DNA of 64,000 nucleotides from Thermoanaerobaculia bacterium (GCA_963664405.1 OY761158.1:4928001-4992000); one strand, 5' to 3'; counted from the stretch's first letter, positions 20,827 through 31,260 are shown. Notes: generated from the letters alone by a model not told the origin. A program made the numbers and translations.

Positions 20827-21692
20827 TTCTTGACCAGCGGTCGCACCTCTTCAGCGACCTTGCTCATTGCGGCGACGATCTCGTCCAGACCCCTGGCCCG
20901 CGGCGCGAACTGAATCTGGGTCAGGCCCATCTCCGCGAGCTCGTCGATGTCGCTGGCAATCTGCGCCGACTCACCGACGCACATCATGCGGCCCTCTCCG
21001 ACCGGCGGCGGCCCCTCCATGGCACGCATGCAGACCGCACCGACCGGCTTGCCCGCCTTATCGCACTCCTCGCGATACGAAGCGACCCGCTCGCGGAAGC
21101 TCTCAGCTGTCAGGTTGAGTGGCATCCAGCCGGTCCCGCGCGTCGCGGCGCGGCGGATCGACTGCGGCAAGCTGCCGCCAACCCACACCGGGAGGGGATT
21201 CTGAATCGGCTTGGGGTTCTGACGCATGTTCTCGAAGCCGACGAAGCGGCCCTCGAACGTGGTCGGGTCGGTGGTCCAGAGCGCATGCATCGCGTCGAGG
21301 TATTCGTCGCAGATGGCTCCGCGTTTGTGGAAGTCGACGTTGACCGACTCCATTTCGGACTCCAGCCAGCCGACACCTGTGCCGAGGATGATGCGCCCGC
21401 CCGACATGTGATCGAGGGTGGCGATCATGTTCGCGTTCAAGACCGCCGAGCGCAGCGGAATCACGATCACGCTGGCGCCGATCCGGATGCGCTCGGTGGC
21501 TCCCACCATCGCCGCCATCACGATGTACGGATCGTAGATCCGGTCCGGTACGCGGCCCCCCTCCGGCACGATGATGTGGTCGTTCACGTAGACCGCATCG
21601 AAGCCGAAGGTCTCGGCCGCCTTGGCCGCTTGCTCCATCACACCGGGTTGCGCGCTCGGTCCCAGGTTGGGGATGACGATTCCGTACTCCAT
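20823..21692 (-). CDS. LLM-class (probably F420-dependent) oxidoreductase
   Basis: GFDAVYVNDH, ATERIRIG, LDHMSGGR..GVGW, PKPIQNPLPVWVGG. Confidence 0.9.
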   Translation of the reverse strand: MEYGIVIPNLGPSAQPGVMEQAAKAAETFGFDAVYVNDHIIVPEGGRVPDRIYDPYIVMAAMVGATERIRIGASVIVIPLRSAVLNANMIATLDHMSGGRIILGTGVGWLESEMESVNVDFHKRGAICDEYLDAMHALWTTDPTTFEGRFVGFENMRQNPKPIQNPLPVWVGGSLPQSIRRAATRGTGWMPLNLTAESFRERVASYREECDKAGKPVGAVCMRAMEGPPPVGEGRMMCVGESAQIASDIDELAEMGLTQIQFAPRARGLDEIVAAMSKVAEEVRPLVKN

Positions 21693-21734
21693 GAGGCACC
21701 TCCACTCAGACGGGTGCGGAGAAGGGTCCGCCCC

Positions 21735-22712
21735 TCAACGACCTTGCACAGGATTGGCAGCGATGAAGTCCACGATGATGCGAGCCAACTGTGCGCCGTG
21801 GGATTCCTGAATGAAGTGACCGGCGCCTTCGACGATCAGGTGTTCCTGGTCCTGGGCCCCTGGAATCTCGCGCTGGAACTTCTCGTCCTGATCGCCTAGG
21901 ACGGGATCGCTGTCTCCGAAGGCAGTCAAGAACGGCTTTTCCCACTTCTTGAACACTTCCCAGGCGGCGAGGTTGGCCTCGCGAGCCGGGTCGTCCGTAG
22001 TCACCGGAACCCGCTGCGGCATGATGAGAGGCCCCGCCTTGTAGCGAGGATCGGGAAAGGGCGCGTCGTACGCCGCCTGCAACGCAGGGTCGCCGCTGTT
22101 CCGCGCCAACATCATGCCGGTCGGGATGTCGCCACGGTCGATCATGCCCTGATTCGTTCCTTTCCAGTTCATGAAGGCTGCGGAGATCTGGTCGTCTCCG
22201 GTCGGCAGGGCGGTATTGGAGATCACCACCCGAGCGAAGCGATCCGGCCTCTCGGCCACCACCCGCAGGCCGATGAGACCACCCCAGTCCTGGCCGAAGA
22301 AGGTTGCGCCGCGCAGGTCGAGCGCCTCGACCAGCTGCTTCATCACGTCGACGTGGAACTCGTAGGTGTGGACCTCCATCTCGGCCGGCTTGTCTGAGCG
22401 TCCAAAGCCGACCAGGTCCGGCACGATCACCCGATGCCCCGCGGCCGTCAATACCGGGATCATCTTGCGAAAGAGGTAGGCCCAGGTCGGCTCGCCGTGG
22501 ATCAGTAGAATCGTCTCACCGTCCCTCGGTCCCTCGTCCAGGTAGTGGACTCTGTAGCCTTCGATCTCCTGATAGCGCGGCTCGAAGGCGAAACCGGGAA
22601 GATTCTGAAAACGATCGTCCGGCGTGCGAAAGACCCCGGGCCGGATCTGCTCACCACCGACAGCTGCGGCCACCAGTGCGACCGATGCGAACACGAGAAT
22701 GTTGCGAATCAT
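21735..22712 (-). CDS. Haloalkane dehalogenase with signal peptide
   Basis: RTPDDRF, HGEPTWAYL, GQDWGG nucleophile elbow, AGHFIQE. Confidence 0.85.
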   Translation of the reverse strand: MIRNILVFASVALVAAAVGGEQIRPGVFRTPDDRFQNLPGFAFEPRYQEIEGYRVHYLDEGPRDGETILLIHGEPTWAYLFRKMIPVLTAAGHRVIVPDLVGFGRSDKPAEMEVHTYEFHVDVMKQLVEALDLRGATFFGQDWGGLIGLRVVAERPDRFARVVISNTALPTGDDQISAAFMNWKGTNQGMIDRGDIPTGMMLARNSGDPALQAAYDAPFPDPRYKAGPLIMPQRVPVTTDDPAREANLAAWEVFKKWEKPFLTAFGDSDPVLGDQDEKFQREIPGAQDQEHLIVEGAGHFIQESHGAQLARIIVDFIAANPVQGR

Positions 22713-22812
22713 CTGATTTGACCTCCCCGTCGAGCGAGCCACATCCTAATCCATACGAGGTCTCGGAGCCACCGCCAGCGGTAGGCGACGCAGGCCCGGG
22801 TGAACACGACGC

Positions 22813-23979
22813 TCACAACGCGGCGTAGACGGCATCGACCAAGGCGATGTTGCGTGGATCGCGCCAGGCAAAGCCTTGATGGTTCATGTGGTAAGCGAAA
22901 CCCAGAGGCACGTCGGGGTCGCCGAATCCAAGGTGCCCGCCGTTGCCGTAGTGGCCGAACGCGCGTGGCGACGTGCCTAAGGGCCGGTCCGGCTGGCTGA
23001 GCTGAAGCCCCAGTCCGAACTTCGTCGGACGCTCTATGACGAGGTCAGGACCGTCCGAGCGCGGTGTGATTGCGTCGAGTAGCGCTGCCTGTCCTGGGAT
23101 GTGCGCATGTGGCTTGCCGCCGACGGAGCTCGCCATCAGGCCGAATATCTTCGCCACGGCCCGCGCGTTCGCTTGCGGGCTGGTCGACGGGAACTCGGCC
23201 GCGCGCCATTCAAAGCTGTTCAAAACCGACGGATCCAGCGTCGGATTGTTGTAGACCATCCAGCGCATCTTTCCAAGGTGGTCGTCATCGGCTGGTTTGC
23301 CGGGGGGTAGAGGGACGGAGCGCTTAAAATCGGGCGGCGGCGGCGAGAAGATGAGATCAGCTACGCGATCCGCGTCGCGCTGGTGGATACCGATGTAGAA
23401 GTCGGCGTTGAGGGGCCCGGCGATGTGCTCCCGGAAGTACTTGCCCACGCGTTGGCCCGTCACGCGCCGCACAATCTCACCGTTCAGAAATCCGTAGGTG
23501 TTGGCGTGATAGCCGTGCGCAGTGCCGGGTTCCCACCACGGCGTCTGATCCGCCAGCGCTTGGGTCATCGTATCCCAGTGAAAAAAGGCATCGTCGGGCA
23601 ACGCTCTTTCGATGCCGGGCAGCCCCCCTCTGTGTGCCAACGCCATCGCCAGTGTCATCTCATCCTTGCCGCCGCGGCCAAACTCCGGCCAGTAACGGAC
23701 GACCTTGTCGTCGGGCGACAGATCGCCGGTGTCGAAGAGGCCGATCAGGCAGAGTGCTGTCATGGCCTTGCCGAGCGACCAGACGTTCACGATGCCGTCC
23801 TTGGGCCATGGCCTGGTGCGCTCGGCGTCGAGATAACCGCCCCACAGATCCACCACGGGCCGGTCGTCGAGATAGACGGCCACGGTTGCGCCGACGTCGC
23901 CGCGTGCCGTGAAGTTCTCGTAAAAGGCGTCGCGCACGCCGGCGAATCTCGTGTCACAGGTGCCGTGAATCTCTGTCAC
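22813..23979 (-). CDS. Serine hydrolase, beta-lactamase/esterase family
   Basis: WSLGK (SxxK), HRGGLP, PWWEPGTAHGYH, FGHYG. Confidence 0.9.
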   Translation of the reverse strand: MTEIHGTCDTRFAGVRDAFYENFTARGDVGATVAVYLDDRPVVDLWGGYLDAERTRPWPKDGIVNVWSLGKAMTALCLIGLFDTGDLSPDDKVVRYWPEFGRGGKDEMTLAMALAHRGGLPGIERALPDDAFFHWDTMTQALADQTPWWEPGTAHGYHANTYGFLNGEIVRRVTGQRVGKYFREHIAGPLNADFYIGIHQRDADRVADLIFSPPPPDFKRSVPLPPGKPADDDHLGKMRWMVYNNPTLDPSVLNSFEWRAAEFPSTSPQANARAVAKIFGLMASSVGGKPHAHIPGQAALLDAITPRSDGPDLVIERPTKFGLGLQLSQPDRPLGTSPRAFGHYGNGGHLGFGDPDVPLGFAYHMNHQGFAWRDPRNIALVDAVYAAL

Positions 23980-24332
23980 TTACCTTGCGCTCCTTCTGGT
24001 CTCTGTCGTCGACCACACCGCACCCGCTCGGGAGGACCTGAGGCACCTCCCACTTGATGTCTGCGGCCCAACCGGCGTCGGCGAATCGACAACGTAGGCT
24101 ACGGGGTTCGCTTTCCAGGAAGGTTCGCCTTCCCGGAAGGACTGTAGCGGAGGCAGAATAGGGCATCAAGCTCCGAGAAACGTGCGTCACCTGAGCTTCG
24201 AGGATTTCGAAGAAGTCGAAGGCAAGGAACGGAAGATCGGAGGCAAGAGGATCGAGAGCAGCCCCGTCCCCAGCGCCTCAGGCTAGCGCCGGCCGTCCAG
24301 GGCCCCCCCCCTCGCTGGGTTAGAGTGGAGCG

Positions 24333-25463
24333 ATGACGAGAGCGATCTTCAGTGAGGCGCCGTACCCGATCCGTTCGGACCTGGATCAAGCGACGCGCAA
24401 AGCCTGGGAGTCCCTCGGGAGGCCCGGAAACTGGTGGACCGGCGCGGAACGCGCAGCGTTCGTCGCGGAGGTTCGCTCTGCGCGGGATTGTCGCTTGTGC
24501 GCGGATCGAGCGGATGCGCTCAGTCCCTACGCCATCCAAGGACAGCATGAGATCGCGAGCGACCTTCCGGCGGTTGCCATCGAGGCAACACACCGGCTGA
24601 CCACGGACGCGGCTCGCCTCAGCGAGAAAGCCGTTCGTGAATGGAACGCTGCCGGCCTCACGGATGAGGCCTACGTCGAGATCGTCAGCATCGTGTCCAC
24701 GGTGATGGGCATCGACGCCTTCTGCGACGCTCTGGAGATCCCCCTACTTCCGCTCCCGGAGGTGCAGGCCGGTGAGCCTTCCCGCTACCGACCCGCGGAG
24801 GCCGTCGACGATGGTGCCTGGGTTCCCATGATCCCCAACAATGGCGAGGGTGAGAGCGAAGCCGACCTCTACGCTCGGCTTCCCCCTTCCCGCCCGTTCG
24901 TGCCGAACGTGATTCGGGCCATGTCCCTGGTGCCCGATGCCGTGCGCAATCTGCTCGATCTCCTGTTTCCCTTCTACCTGGTGGGTCGCATCCCAAAGTC
25001 CGGCTACAGCCTGGACGGCCGGCAGACCGAGTTGATCGCCGGCCGCGTATCCGCCCTCAACGAGTGTTTCTACTGAACGGCCGCACACGCACAACAGCTC
25101 CGTGCGAGCAGTCAGGGCAGCGAAGTGGATTTCGAGGCGATCACCAAGGGTGCCGGCGATGGAGTGACCGGGGTGGCGTCTGGCGCAGAGTTGATCGCCT
25201 ACGCGGATGCGGTGGTTGCCCGATCTCCGGATGTGGCACAGAGCCGCGACGCCGTCCAGAAGTCGATGGGAGATGCAGCGGTCGTCGACGCCGCCGCCGT
25301 CATCGCGAACTTTCAGCGCATGGTTCGCATCGCCGATGGAATTGGAATCCCCCTCGGCGAAGAGCTCGATCTTCGCTCGGCGGACCTTCGACAGGAGATC
25401 GGGATCAACGAGTTTGCTAGTGCCGAGGGGCGCGGCAGTAGCGGGCCACTGCGGTCCCCTTAG
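24333..25463 (+). CDS. Selenoprotein: alkylhydroperoxidase (AhpD/CMD)-related, CxxU
   Basis: ELIAGRVSALNECFY-TGA(25074-25076)-TAAHAQQL continues in frame into ORF 25125-25463 (ANFQRMVRIADGIGIPL). Confidence 0.85.
25094..25112 (+). promoter_or_regulatory. Putative bacterial SECIS hairpin
   Basis: ACAGCTC-CGTGC-GAGCAGT; loop 24 nt after UGA, similar to the SECIS at 13728. Confidence 0.65.
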
Positions 25464-25546
25464 GGTCGACTGGGGCCGATCGGCGCGAAGGTGGCGAACC
25501 GCGCCCTGGCGGCCCTCCATCCTGTGTACTGCGCTAAAATCCTACG

Positions 25547-25780
25547 GTGCACGAAGCTCAGTCACGGAAAGACACCTCGACGCTCGAGGAGAGAAGTCGA
25601 AGGCGGCGCGAGCAACTCGTCGCCAACCGCACCGAGAGTTTCGACGACGCTGAAGCGTGGGATCTCGATTTCTGGCAGAGCCAGACTCCCTCCGCGAGAT
25701 TGTCGGCGCTGGTAGCGATCCGGCGCGAAGTGGAGATTGTGGAAGCGGCGCGCAAGAAGGACGGCCGTAGGAGACCTTAG
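25547..25780 (+). CDS. Small partner protein of the nucleotidyltransferase (TA-like), copy 1
   Basis: WDLDFWQSQTPSARLSAL; 3 nt upstream of the NTase. Confidence 0.6.
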   Translation: MHEAQSRKDTSTLEERSRRRREQLVANRTESFDDAEAWDLDFWQSQTPSARLSALVAIRREVEIVEAARKKDGRRRP

Positions 25781-25783
25781 GTC

Positions 25784-26242
25784 GTGGACACGGTCCATGA
25801 CTTCGAGGATCTGCTCGAGATCTTCGCAAAATTTGAGGTTCGGTACCTCATCATTGGTGGATTGGCCTTCATCTACCACGCAAAGCCGCGGTACACGAAG
25901 GACCTGGATCTCTGGGTCGACCCCGAGCCGGTGAATGTGGGACGGGCCAATGAGGCTCTAGCTGCCTTCGGTAGCCCGCATCTGCTCGACGCTCGAAAAA
26001 TCGACGAGATCCTCCAATTGGGAGTCGCGCCGAACCGCATCGACCTGCTACGCAACCCCGAGGGTCCGACCTTCGACGAGGCCTGGCGGCGCCGAGTTGA
26101 AGGCACCTACGGGCGCGCAGCCACGCACTGGATCGACCTGGACAGCCTGATCGACATCAAAAGCCGGATCGATCACCCGCGCCACCAAGAAGACGCACGC
26201 GTTCTGCGGCTGGTGCGCGATCGCAAGACCCGCGACGAGTGA
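25784..26242 (+). CDS. Nucleotidyltransferase (DUF6036-like), copy 1
   Basis: YLIIGGLA..PRYTKDLDLWV, RIDLL, K..R.QED. Confidence 0.8.
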   Translation: MDTVHDFEDLLEIFAKFEVRYLIIGGLAFIYHAKPRYTKDLDLWVDPEPVNVGRANEALAAFGSPHLLDARKIDEILQLGVAPNRIDLLRNPEGPTFDEAWRRRVEGTYGRAATHWIDLDSLIDIKSRIDHPRHQEDARVLRLVRDRKTRDE

Positions 26243-26277
26243 CCGCACCGAGGCCAGCGCCGGAGGGTAGCCAGAGG

Positions 26278-27345
26278 TCAGGGCCCTTGCAACGCGGGAA
26301 GCACCTCCTTGGCCGCCAGTGCGATCGCGTCGACGCCCTCCTCTGTCTGCATGATCGTGAAATTGGTCGCCAGGAAGAGCTTGTCCAGGCCGAGCGAGGC
26401 AAGGCCCTGCAGTCTCTCGATGCAGCGCTCCGGTGTGCCGACGATCGAGAAGCGATCGATGAACTCCGGCGTCAGCGTTTCGGCTTGGCGGGAGCCGCTC
26501 CGGGTATGCATCTTCATGTCGTAGACGCTGTGGAGTGTCTTGAGTGCTTCTTGGGTCTGACTGGATGCGGGTCCGGTGACCTTGCCGTGCAGGATCGAGA
26601 AGCGGGCGAAGGTCGTCAGGCCGGCCTTGACCAGCTCCCGCGCGATCTCGATGCGCGGGTGGCACACGCAGTTCACATAGACGCCGAAGGCGACTCCTTC
26701 CGGATCCAGACCGGCATCGGCACGGGCCGTCTTCGCGACCTCGATACCCCAAGCGATCCGCTCCTCGTCTGCCCCGAGCGCGAACATCAGCCGATCTGCG
26801 TGGACGGCGGAAAGGGCAATCATCCGGGGTCCACTGACCGCGACCTCGACGGGAACCTTGCGCCCGCCTTGCAGCCACTGTATACGGCTTTCAGGGGCCG
26901 CATCGGCAAGATGAAGCTCGTCGACCGGCGCTGCCGCCGATACCTCGATCTCATCGAAGGGAATAGCTTCGCCCCTCAGGTAGGCCTGCAGGTGTCGAAG
27001 ATAGGTTTCGAACTGTGCGACGCGCGCCGGAGCGCGGCCGACGTCCGCGAGCGCGGAGTCGCCACGGCCGATGCCAAGCACCGCGCGCCCGTCGGAGATC
27101 CGGTCGACGCTTGCGATCGCCGTCGCGGTTGCCGCCGCCATGCGGGTTACCGAGTTGGTCACTGCCGTCGCCAGCTTGATGCGTTCGGTCACTGTCGCTG
27201 CCATCGTCAGGGCGATGTAGGTGTCCCCCGATCGATTCTGGGAGTCGACGACCCCCAACCCATCCCATCCCTGCGCTTCGGCGATCCGTGCTCCATCGGC
27301 AATGGCGCGCGGAGCCGCGGTCAGATGCGTCCAGACTTCCACCAT
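26278..27345 (-). CDS. LLM-class flavin-dependent oxidoreductase, copy 1
   Basis: GWDGLGVVDSQ, TERIKLATAVTN, GRAVLGIGRGDS. Confidence 0.9.
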   Translation of the reverse strand: MVEVWTHLTAAPRAIADGARIAEAQGWDGLGVVDSQNRSGDTYIALTMAATVTERIKLATAVTNSVTRMAAATATAIASVDRISDGRAVLGIGRGDSALADVGRAPARVAQFETYLRHLQAYLRGEAIPFDEIEVSAAAPVDELHLADAAPESRIQWLQGGRKVPVEVAVSGPRMIALSAVHADRLMFALGADEERIAWGIEVAKTARADAGLDPEGVAFGVYVNCVCHPRIEIARELVKAGLTTFARFSILHGKVTGPASSQTQEALKTLHSVYDMKMHTRSGSRQAETLTPEFIDRFSIVGTPERCIERLQGLASLGLDKLFLATNFTIMQTEEGVDAIALAAKEVLPALQGP

Positions 27346-27412
27346 AACGTCTTACAACTCCCTTTCAAGAGACCAAATTCATGAGGCGCTTCTAGGGCCA
27401 CCCGCTTTGTGC

Positions 27413-29206
27413 CTATCGCGGTATCAACCAAATTGGCGACGAGAAGGCGCGCTCCTGGAGCGTTGTGTCGAGGCCGGGTCGAGGCGGCGTACCCGCACGC
27501 ATTGCGTCCCACATGGACCAGCGGCAGGTTGGATTCTCCAAGGCGCGCACGTAGTAGAAGGCACGTTGCCCGCGGTCGAACTCGGGATCGGTCCAAAGTG
27601 TCTTGAGCTGCGCCGCGCCGACGTCGGCGCTGACACTGCAATCGGCGAGATTAACCTCGGCGCCGTTGTCGGGGCAGCGATGGGTTTTGGGATCGACCTC
27701 GAGATCGTCCGAGCAGGCGACATCATAGACCCGCTCCTTCGCCTCGCCGTCCTCGATCCAGCCCTTGATCACCTGCACACGCTGGAGCCTTGCGGACTCA
27801 GGGTCCTGCACCGCCCAGACGAGAAACCGCGGCGCGCCACGCCGCCGGGCTGGGAGGTCGGCGCCCATCGGCACACCGTGCTCGTAGGCCTTGGCCACCA
27901 GATCGCTGCTCTCCGGCGCATCGTCGCGGAAGTCGTAGCTGGCGAAGAAACGCACTCGGATGCGCGGTCCTGTGGTGGCGAAGGTCTCTTTGCGCCGGAA
28001 CGCGTCGTAGATCGATTCCCGGGTGTTTTCGTCGGCCCACACCCCCGCCAGACCGGACGCGCCGAAGTAGGGCACACTACCCCGGCTCTGCACGGGCTCC
28101 TCCCAGGTCTTGGCACCCCCCGGAGGCACCGACCCGCGCCGCTCCGGAGTCCCATCGTTGAGCCCGAGCTTGCTGAAGTATTTCGACTCCTTGTACGAGG
28201 CGCCAGCATCGTGGGTGTCGCTGGCGCCGATCATCCCGAAGCGGTAGGGGTTGAAGCCCTCCTTTTCCTCGAGCGCGAGACCGGTCAGGTAGGCGTCGCG
28301 CACAAAGCCGCCTTGGAGATCCTCGAGCTCGGTCGACAGCGGCAGCAGCTCGAAGTCGGCCCATTCGTCGTTGGCGGAGAGCACGGGGTGTGTCTCGGAG
28401 GTGCCCTTGACCTGCGTCATCTCGACCAGTGGCTCATTGCGCATCCGCAGCCGGGCGTACGCCGCGTCGAGGGGCTCCCCCGCGTGCCTCTGCCGCGCAA
28501 ACTTCCTGCCCTCGCTCTGGTTCGAGTTGTGGGGGATGGCGAGCGCCTCGATACCCTGCTCGCGGAGGCCATCGAGCCAAGCCCAGAGATCCTCGGGATT
28601 GAGCGAGTCGACTCGAGTGAAGGGGAGCTCTGGCGCTTTGGCGCCGCGGAAGATGACGTTGCGATGCAGATTCCCGCCCTCGGGGTGGTTGGACGTGTAC
28701 TCATAGGCGACGAAGGTCGTCAGCTTGCCCGGCTCGTAGTTGCGCTCCGCCGACGCGATGGTCTCCTGCCATGCCGAGCGCGACGCCGCCGGGTCGAGAT
28801 GACGGCTGAGAAACTCGGCGGCAGGGCGGAGGTCGGAGCCTCCCCCGAGGAGGGTCCCACGGTCCGAATCGATAAAGCGACGGGCTTCGGGATCGTTCTG
28901 CAGGGGATGTCCAGGGTCGTCCATCGCCGAGAACACGCCGAGAAACATGCCGTGGTCGGTGACAGCGTAGAAATCGAGCGGGCGAGAGAGTTGGATCTCG
29001 AAGCCGATGGGATGTTTGATCGCCTCCCCACGGGCATAGGAATAGGCGACGTCGGGTGACGCGCGGGTACCGAAGGTGAAGGCGTCGAACGAAAAGCCGG
29101 TATGGATGTGCAGATCGCCGAAATAAGCGTTCCGCTCCGCACCCGCGGCGTAAGTGGCAGTCAATGCGCCGACCGTCAGCGCGGCAATGCGATGGACTCT
29201 TGTCAT
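27413..29206 (-). CDS. DUF3604 family secreted PHP-like protein
   Basis: YFGDLHIHTGFSFDA, AVTDHG, NLHRNVIF, IPHNSN, QERAFSSPIW. Confidence 0.9.
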   Translation of the reverse strand: MTRVHRIAALTVGALTATYAAGAERNAYFGDLHIHTGFSFDAFTFGTRASPDVAYSYARGEAIKHPIGFEIQLSRPLDFYAVTDHGMFLGVFSAMDDPGHPLQNDPEARRFIDSDRGTLLGGGSDLRPAAEFLSRHLDPAASRSAWQETIASAERNYEPGKLTTFVAYEYTSNHPEGGNLHRNVIFRGAKAPELPFTRVDSLNPEDLWAWLDGLREQGIEALAIPHNSNQSEGRKFARQRHAGEPLDAAYARLRMRNEPLVEMTQVKGTSETHPVLSANDEWADFELLPLSTELEDLQGGFVRDAYLTGLALEEKEGFNPYRFGMIGASDTHDAGASYKESKYFSKLGLNDGTPERRGSVPPGGAKTWEEPVQSRGSVPYFGASGLAGVWADENTRESIYDAFRRKETFATTGPRIRVRFFASYDFRDDAPESSDLVAKAYEHGVPMGADLPARRRGAPRFLVWAVQDPESARLQRVQVIKGWIEDGEAKERVYDVACSDDLEVDPKTHRCPDNGAEVNLADCSVSADVGAAQLKTLWTDPEFDRGQRAFYYVRALENPTCRWSMWDAMRAGTPPRPGLDTTLQERAFSSPIWLIPR

Positions 29207-29415
29207 CGACTTCCCTCTCACTGGCTACTCGGCGATGCTCGAAAACCGAATTTGGCACACATGCGAACGGGGGCCCATGGATTGGATCTCATGGCTACTC
29301 CTGGCTGTTCCGTTTTGAACGTTTCGTGGTGAACTGTCAATGCGACAGTCTGATTCTCGGCTTTGCTGTGAACTGAGGTGCCGAAAGGCCGGAACCTGAT
29401 CTGAAGCTCTTCGCG

Positions 29416-30534
29416 TCAGCGAGACGCGTTCTGCTTCCCTTTTAGAACGTCCTGCTCCAGGATCCGGGCCCCGCGCAAGATGTTGCCGAGGGAGTAGTTG
29501 CCTTCGTGGCAGGCATACTCGAAGACTCTCTGCTCGCTCGCCTTCCACACGTACTCACCTGTCCAGGGCGTCTCCCAGACCGTGTCGTCTTCCATGGTGA
29601 AGCCGTAGAGCACATTGCCGTCCTCGAGGCGGGTGAAACGCTCGACGACGTGCAGGTTTCCGGAGCCTCCTCTAGTCGCCGCCCCGCTACTAGCCGCAGG
29701 GTTGAAGTTGGTGCTGTCGACCACCAGAGTGTCGCCTTCCCACCAGCCGATCGAGTCGCCGAGCCAGGTCGTCTCGGAGGCCGGTAGGTGCTCTACGGCG
29801 CGCCCCTCCGACTTCATGCGCACGATTCGAGCGTCGTGCACCATTTCGATCAGGATCATCACGTGATCTTCGGTCTGCACGATTCGCTTGAAGTTGTTGT
29901 ATTCGCTGGGAAAGCTCGGTGTGGCTCCGGAGAACCCGAGCATGCAGCGCTCAGCGAGGTTGCGGAGCTCGACGTTGTCGTAAGGGCCACTGCCGTCTCC
30001 CTTCTCGAGCCACCAGGCCGTCCCGTCGTTTTCACGAACAAAGCCTAAGTCTGCGAATTTTTCCGCTTGGGCCGCTCTCCCCGCCGCTGTCATCGGCGGC
30101 ACCTGGCCGTTCTTCGGATCGATGATGATCGATGTCCGAAACCTGCCGCCGACGTCGAAGGCTTCGGTTCCGGGATCGACCCAGAAGCGGTTGTAGCCCC
30201 CCACATTGCCGCCGGGGCCGCGTGAGCCGTCGCCACCCTCGCGCGGCGCCCCGCGATCCGGATTGCTCGACGCCAAGCTTTTCTCCATGCGAAGCCTCTG
30301 ATTTTCGGCGATCTTGTCCGCCTGTTCTTTTGTTAGATACAGATTGTCGCCGTACGCTTTGGGTCTCACCAGCGGTGTGAGGGTCGCGGCGTCGTAGGTG
30401 CCGGTGAGATCCGGTCGACCGGAGGCTGTTCTCGGGATCTTGTCTTCGGCCGGTAGCGCCGTCGTTAATGACAGCGCCAGAGCAGTGACGAGGACGACAC
30501 TAAGAAGTCTCTTGATCGATCGAGATGACAGCAT
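29416..30534 (-). CDS. Secreted hypothetical protein, paralog B
   Basis: Inverted paralog of 15606-16724 with a different signal peptide. Confidence 0.8.
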   Translation of the reverse strand: MLSSRSIKRLLSVVLVTALALSLTTALPAEDKIPRTASGRPDLTGTYDAATLTPLVRPKAYGDNLYLTKEQADKIAENQRLRMEKSLASSNPDRGAPREGGDGSRGPGGNVGGYNRFWVDPGTEAFDVGGRFRTSIIIDPKNGQVPPMTAAGRAAQAEKFADLGFVRENDGTAWWLEKGDGSGPYDNVELRNLAERCMLGFSGATPSFPSEYNNFKRIVQTEDHVMILIEMVHDARIVRMKSEGRAVEHLPASETTWLGDSIGWWEGDTLVVDSTNFNPAASSGAATRGGSGNLHVVERFTRLEDGNVLYGFTMEDDTVWETPWTGEYVWKASEQRVFEYACHEGNYSLGNILRGARILEQDVLKGKQNASR

Positions 30535-30782
30535 GGGTTTCTCCTTGTCGAGCGAACGTCGCCGTCTCTTAGAGCGCTTAGTCGGCGGTTCTCGGGTTCA
30601 GGTTTTACCGGGCACAGGGTAGCAAGCGGTTCGCTACTTTGGACTGACCCAAATCGGTGATGACAGCGCAGGCCACGTCCCAAACGTCGTCGGCACCAAA
30701 ACGGCCATCGCCATCGTCAATAAAGTCCTGTGATGCATATCGATTCGTCCTCGGTAGCTGGGCGATACCACCAGGCTAGTAG

Positions 30783-30811
30783 TTGACACTCGTAGTGTCA
30801 ATACATATTCT
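30783..30811 (+). promoter_or_regulatory. Sigma70-type promoter overlapped by a palindromic operator
   Basis: TTGACA-17-TATTCT; TTGACAC-N5-GTGTCAA palindrome. Confidence 0.65.
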
Positions 30812-30904
30812 TGATCCATGACGATCAGCACGTCCCTCCCGGGTCGTTTCGCTATGGCTTTGGTGCCGATCGGCACCCCGTCGGTGTAGTGTGCTTGGCG
30901 CGTT

Positions 30905-31260
30905 CCCAGCGGAGCGGCGATCCTTGCGAGGAGGGGGACTGTGGACTTCGGTCGGCGGGCGGCAGATCGCCAGCGGGCGAAGCGTTCCGAGTAGCGGCCG
31001 GGTGGGGTCAGGGCGCTTGCAACACCGGAAGCACCTCCTTGGCCGCCAGTGCGATCGCGTCGACGCCCGCCTCCGTGCGCATGAGGTTGAAGTTGAGCGC
31101 CAGGAAGAGCTTGTCCAGGCCTTCGCATCGCCGATGGAATTGGAATCCCCCTCGGCGAAGAGCTCGATCTTCGCTCGGCGGACCTTCGACAGGAGATCGG
31201 GATCAACGAGTTTGCTAGTGCCGAGGGGCGCGGCAGTAGCGGGCCACTGCGGTCCCCTTA
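30905..31260. pseudogene. Mosaic of four gene-end relics
   Basis: Pieces match revcomp 38357-38403, 14593-14628, 34082-34197 and 25324-25462. Confidence 0.8.

Larger units (their letters stand above)
25324..27349. repeat. ~2 kb direct duplication, copy 1
   Basis: Matches 31122-31260 plus 33269-35155; near-identical except in part of the LLM gene. Confidence 0.9.

Noticed and set aside
29219-29293. 24-aa ORF with an AGGAG RBS upstream of the DUF3604 gene (minus strand)
   Set aside because: No compositional or homology support; probably a relic or chance ORF
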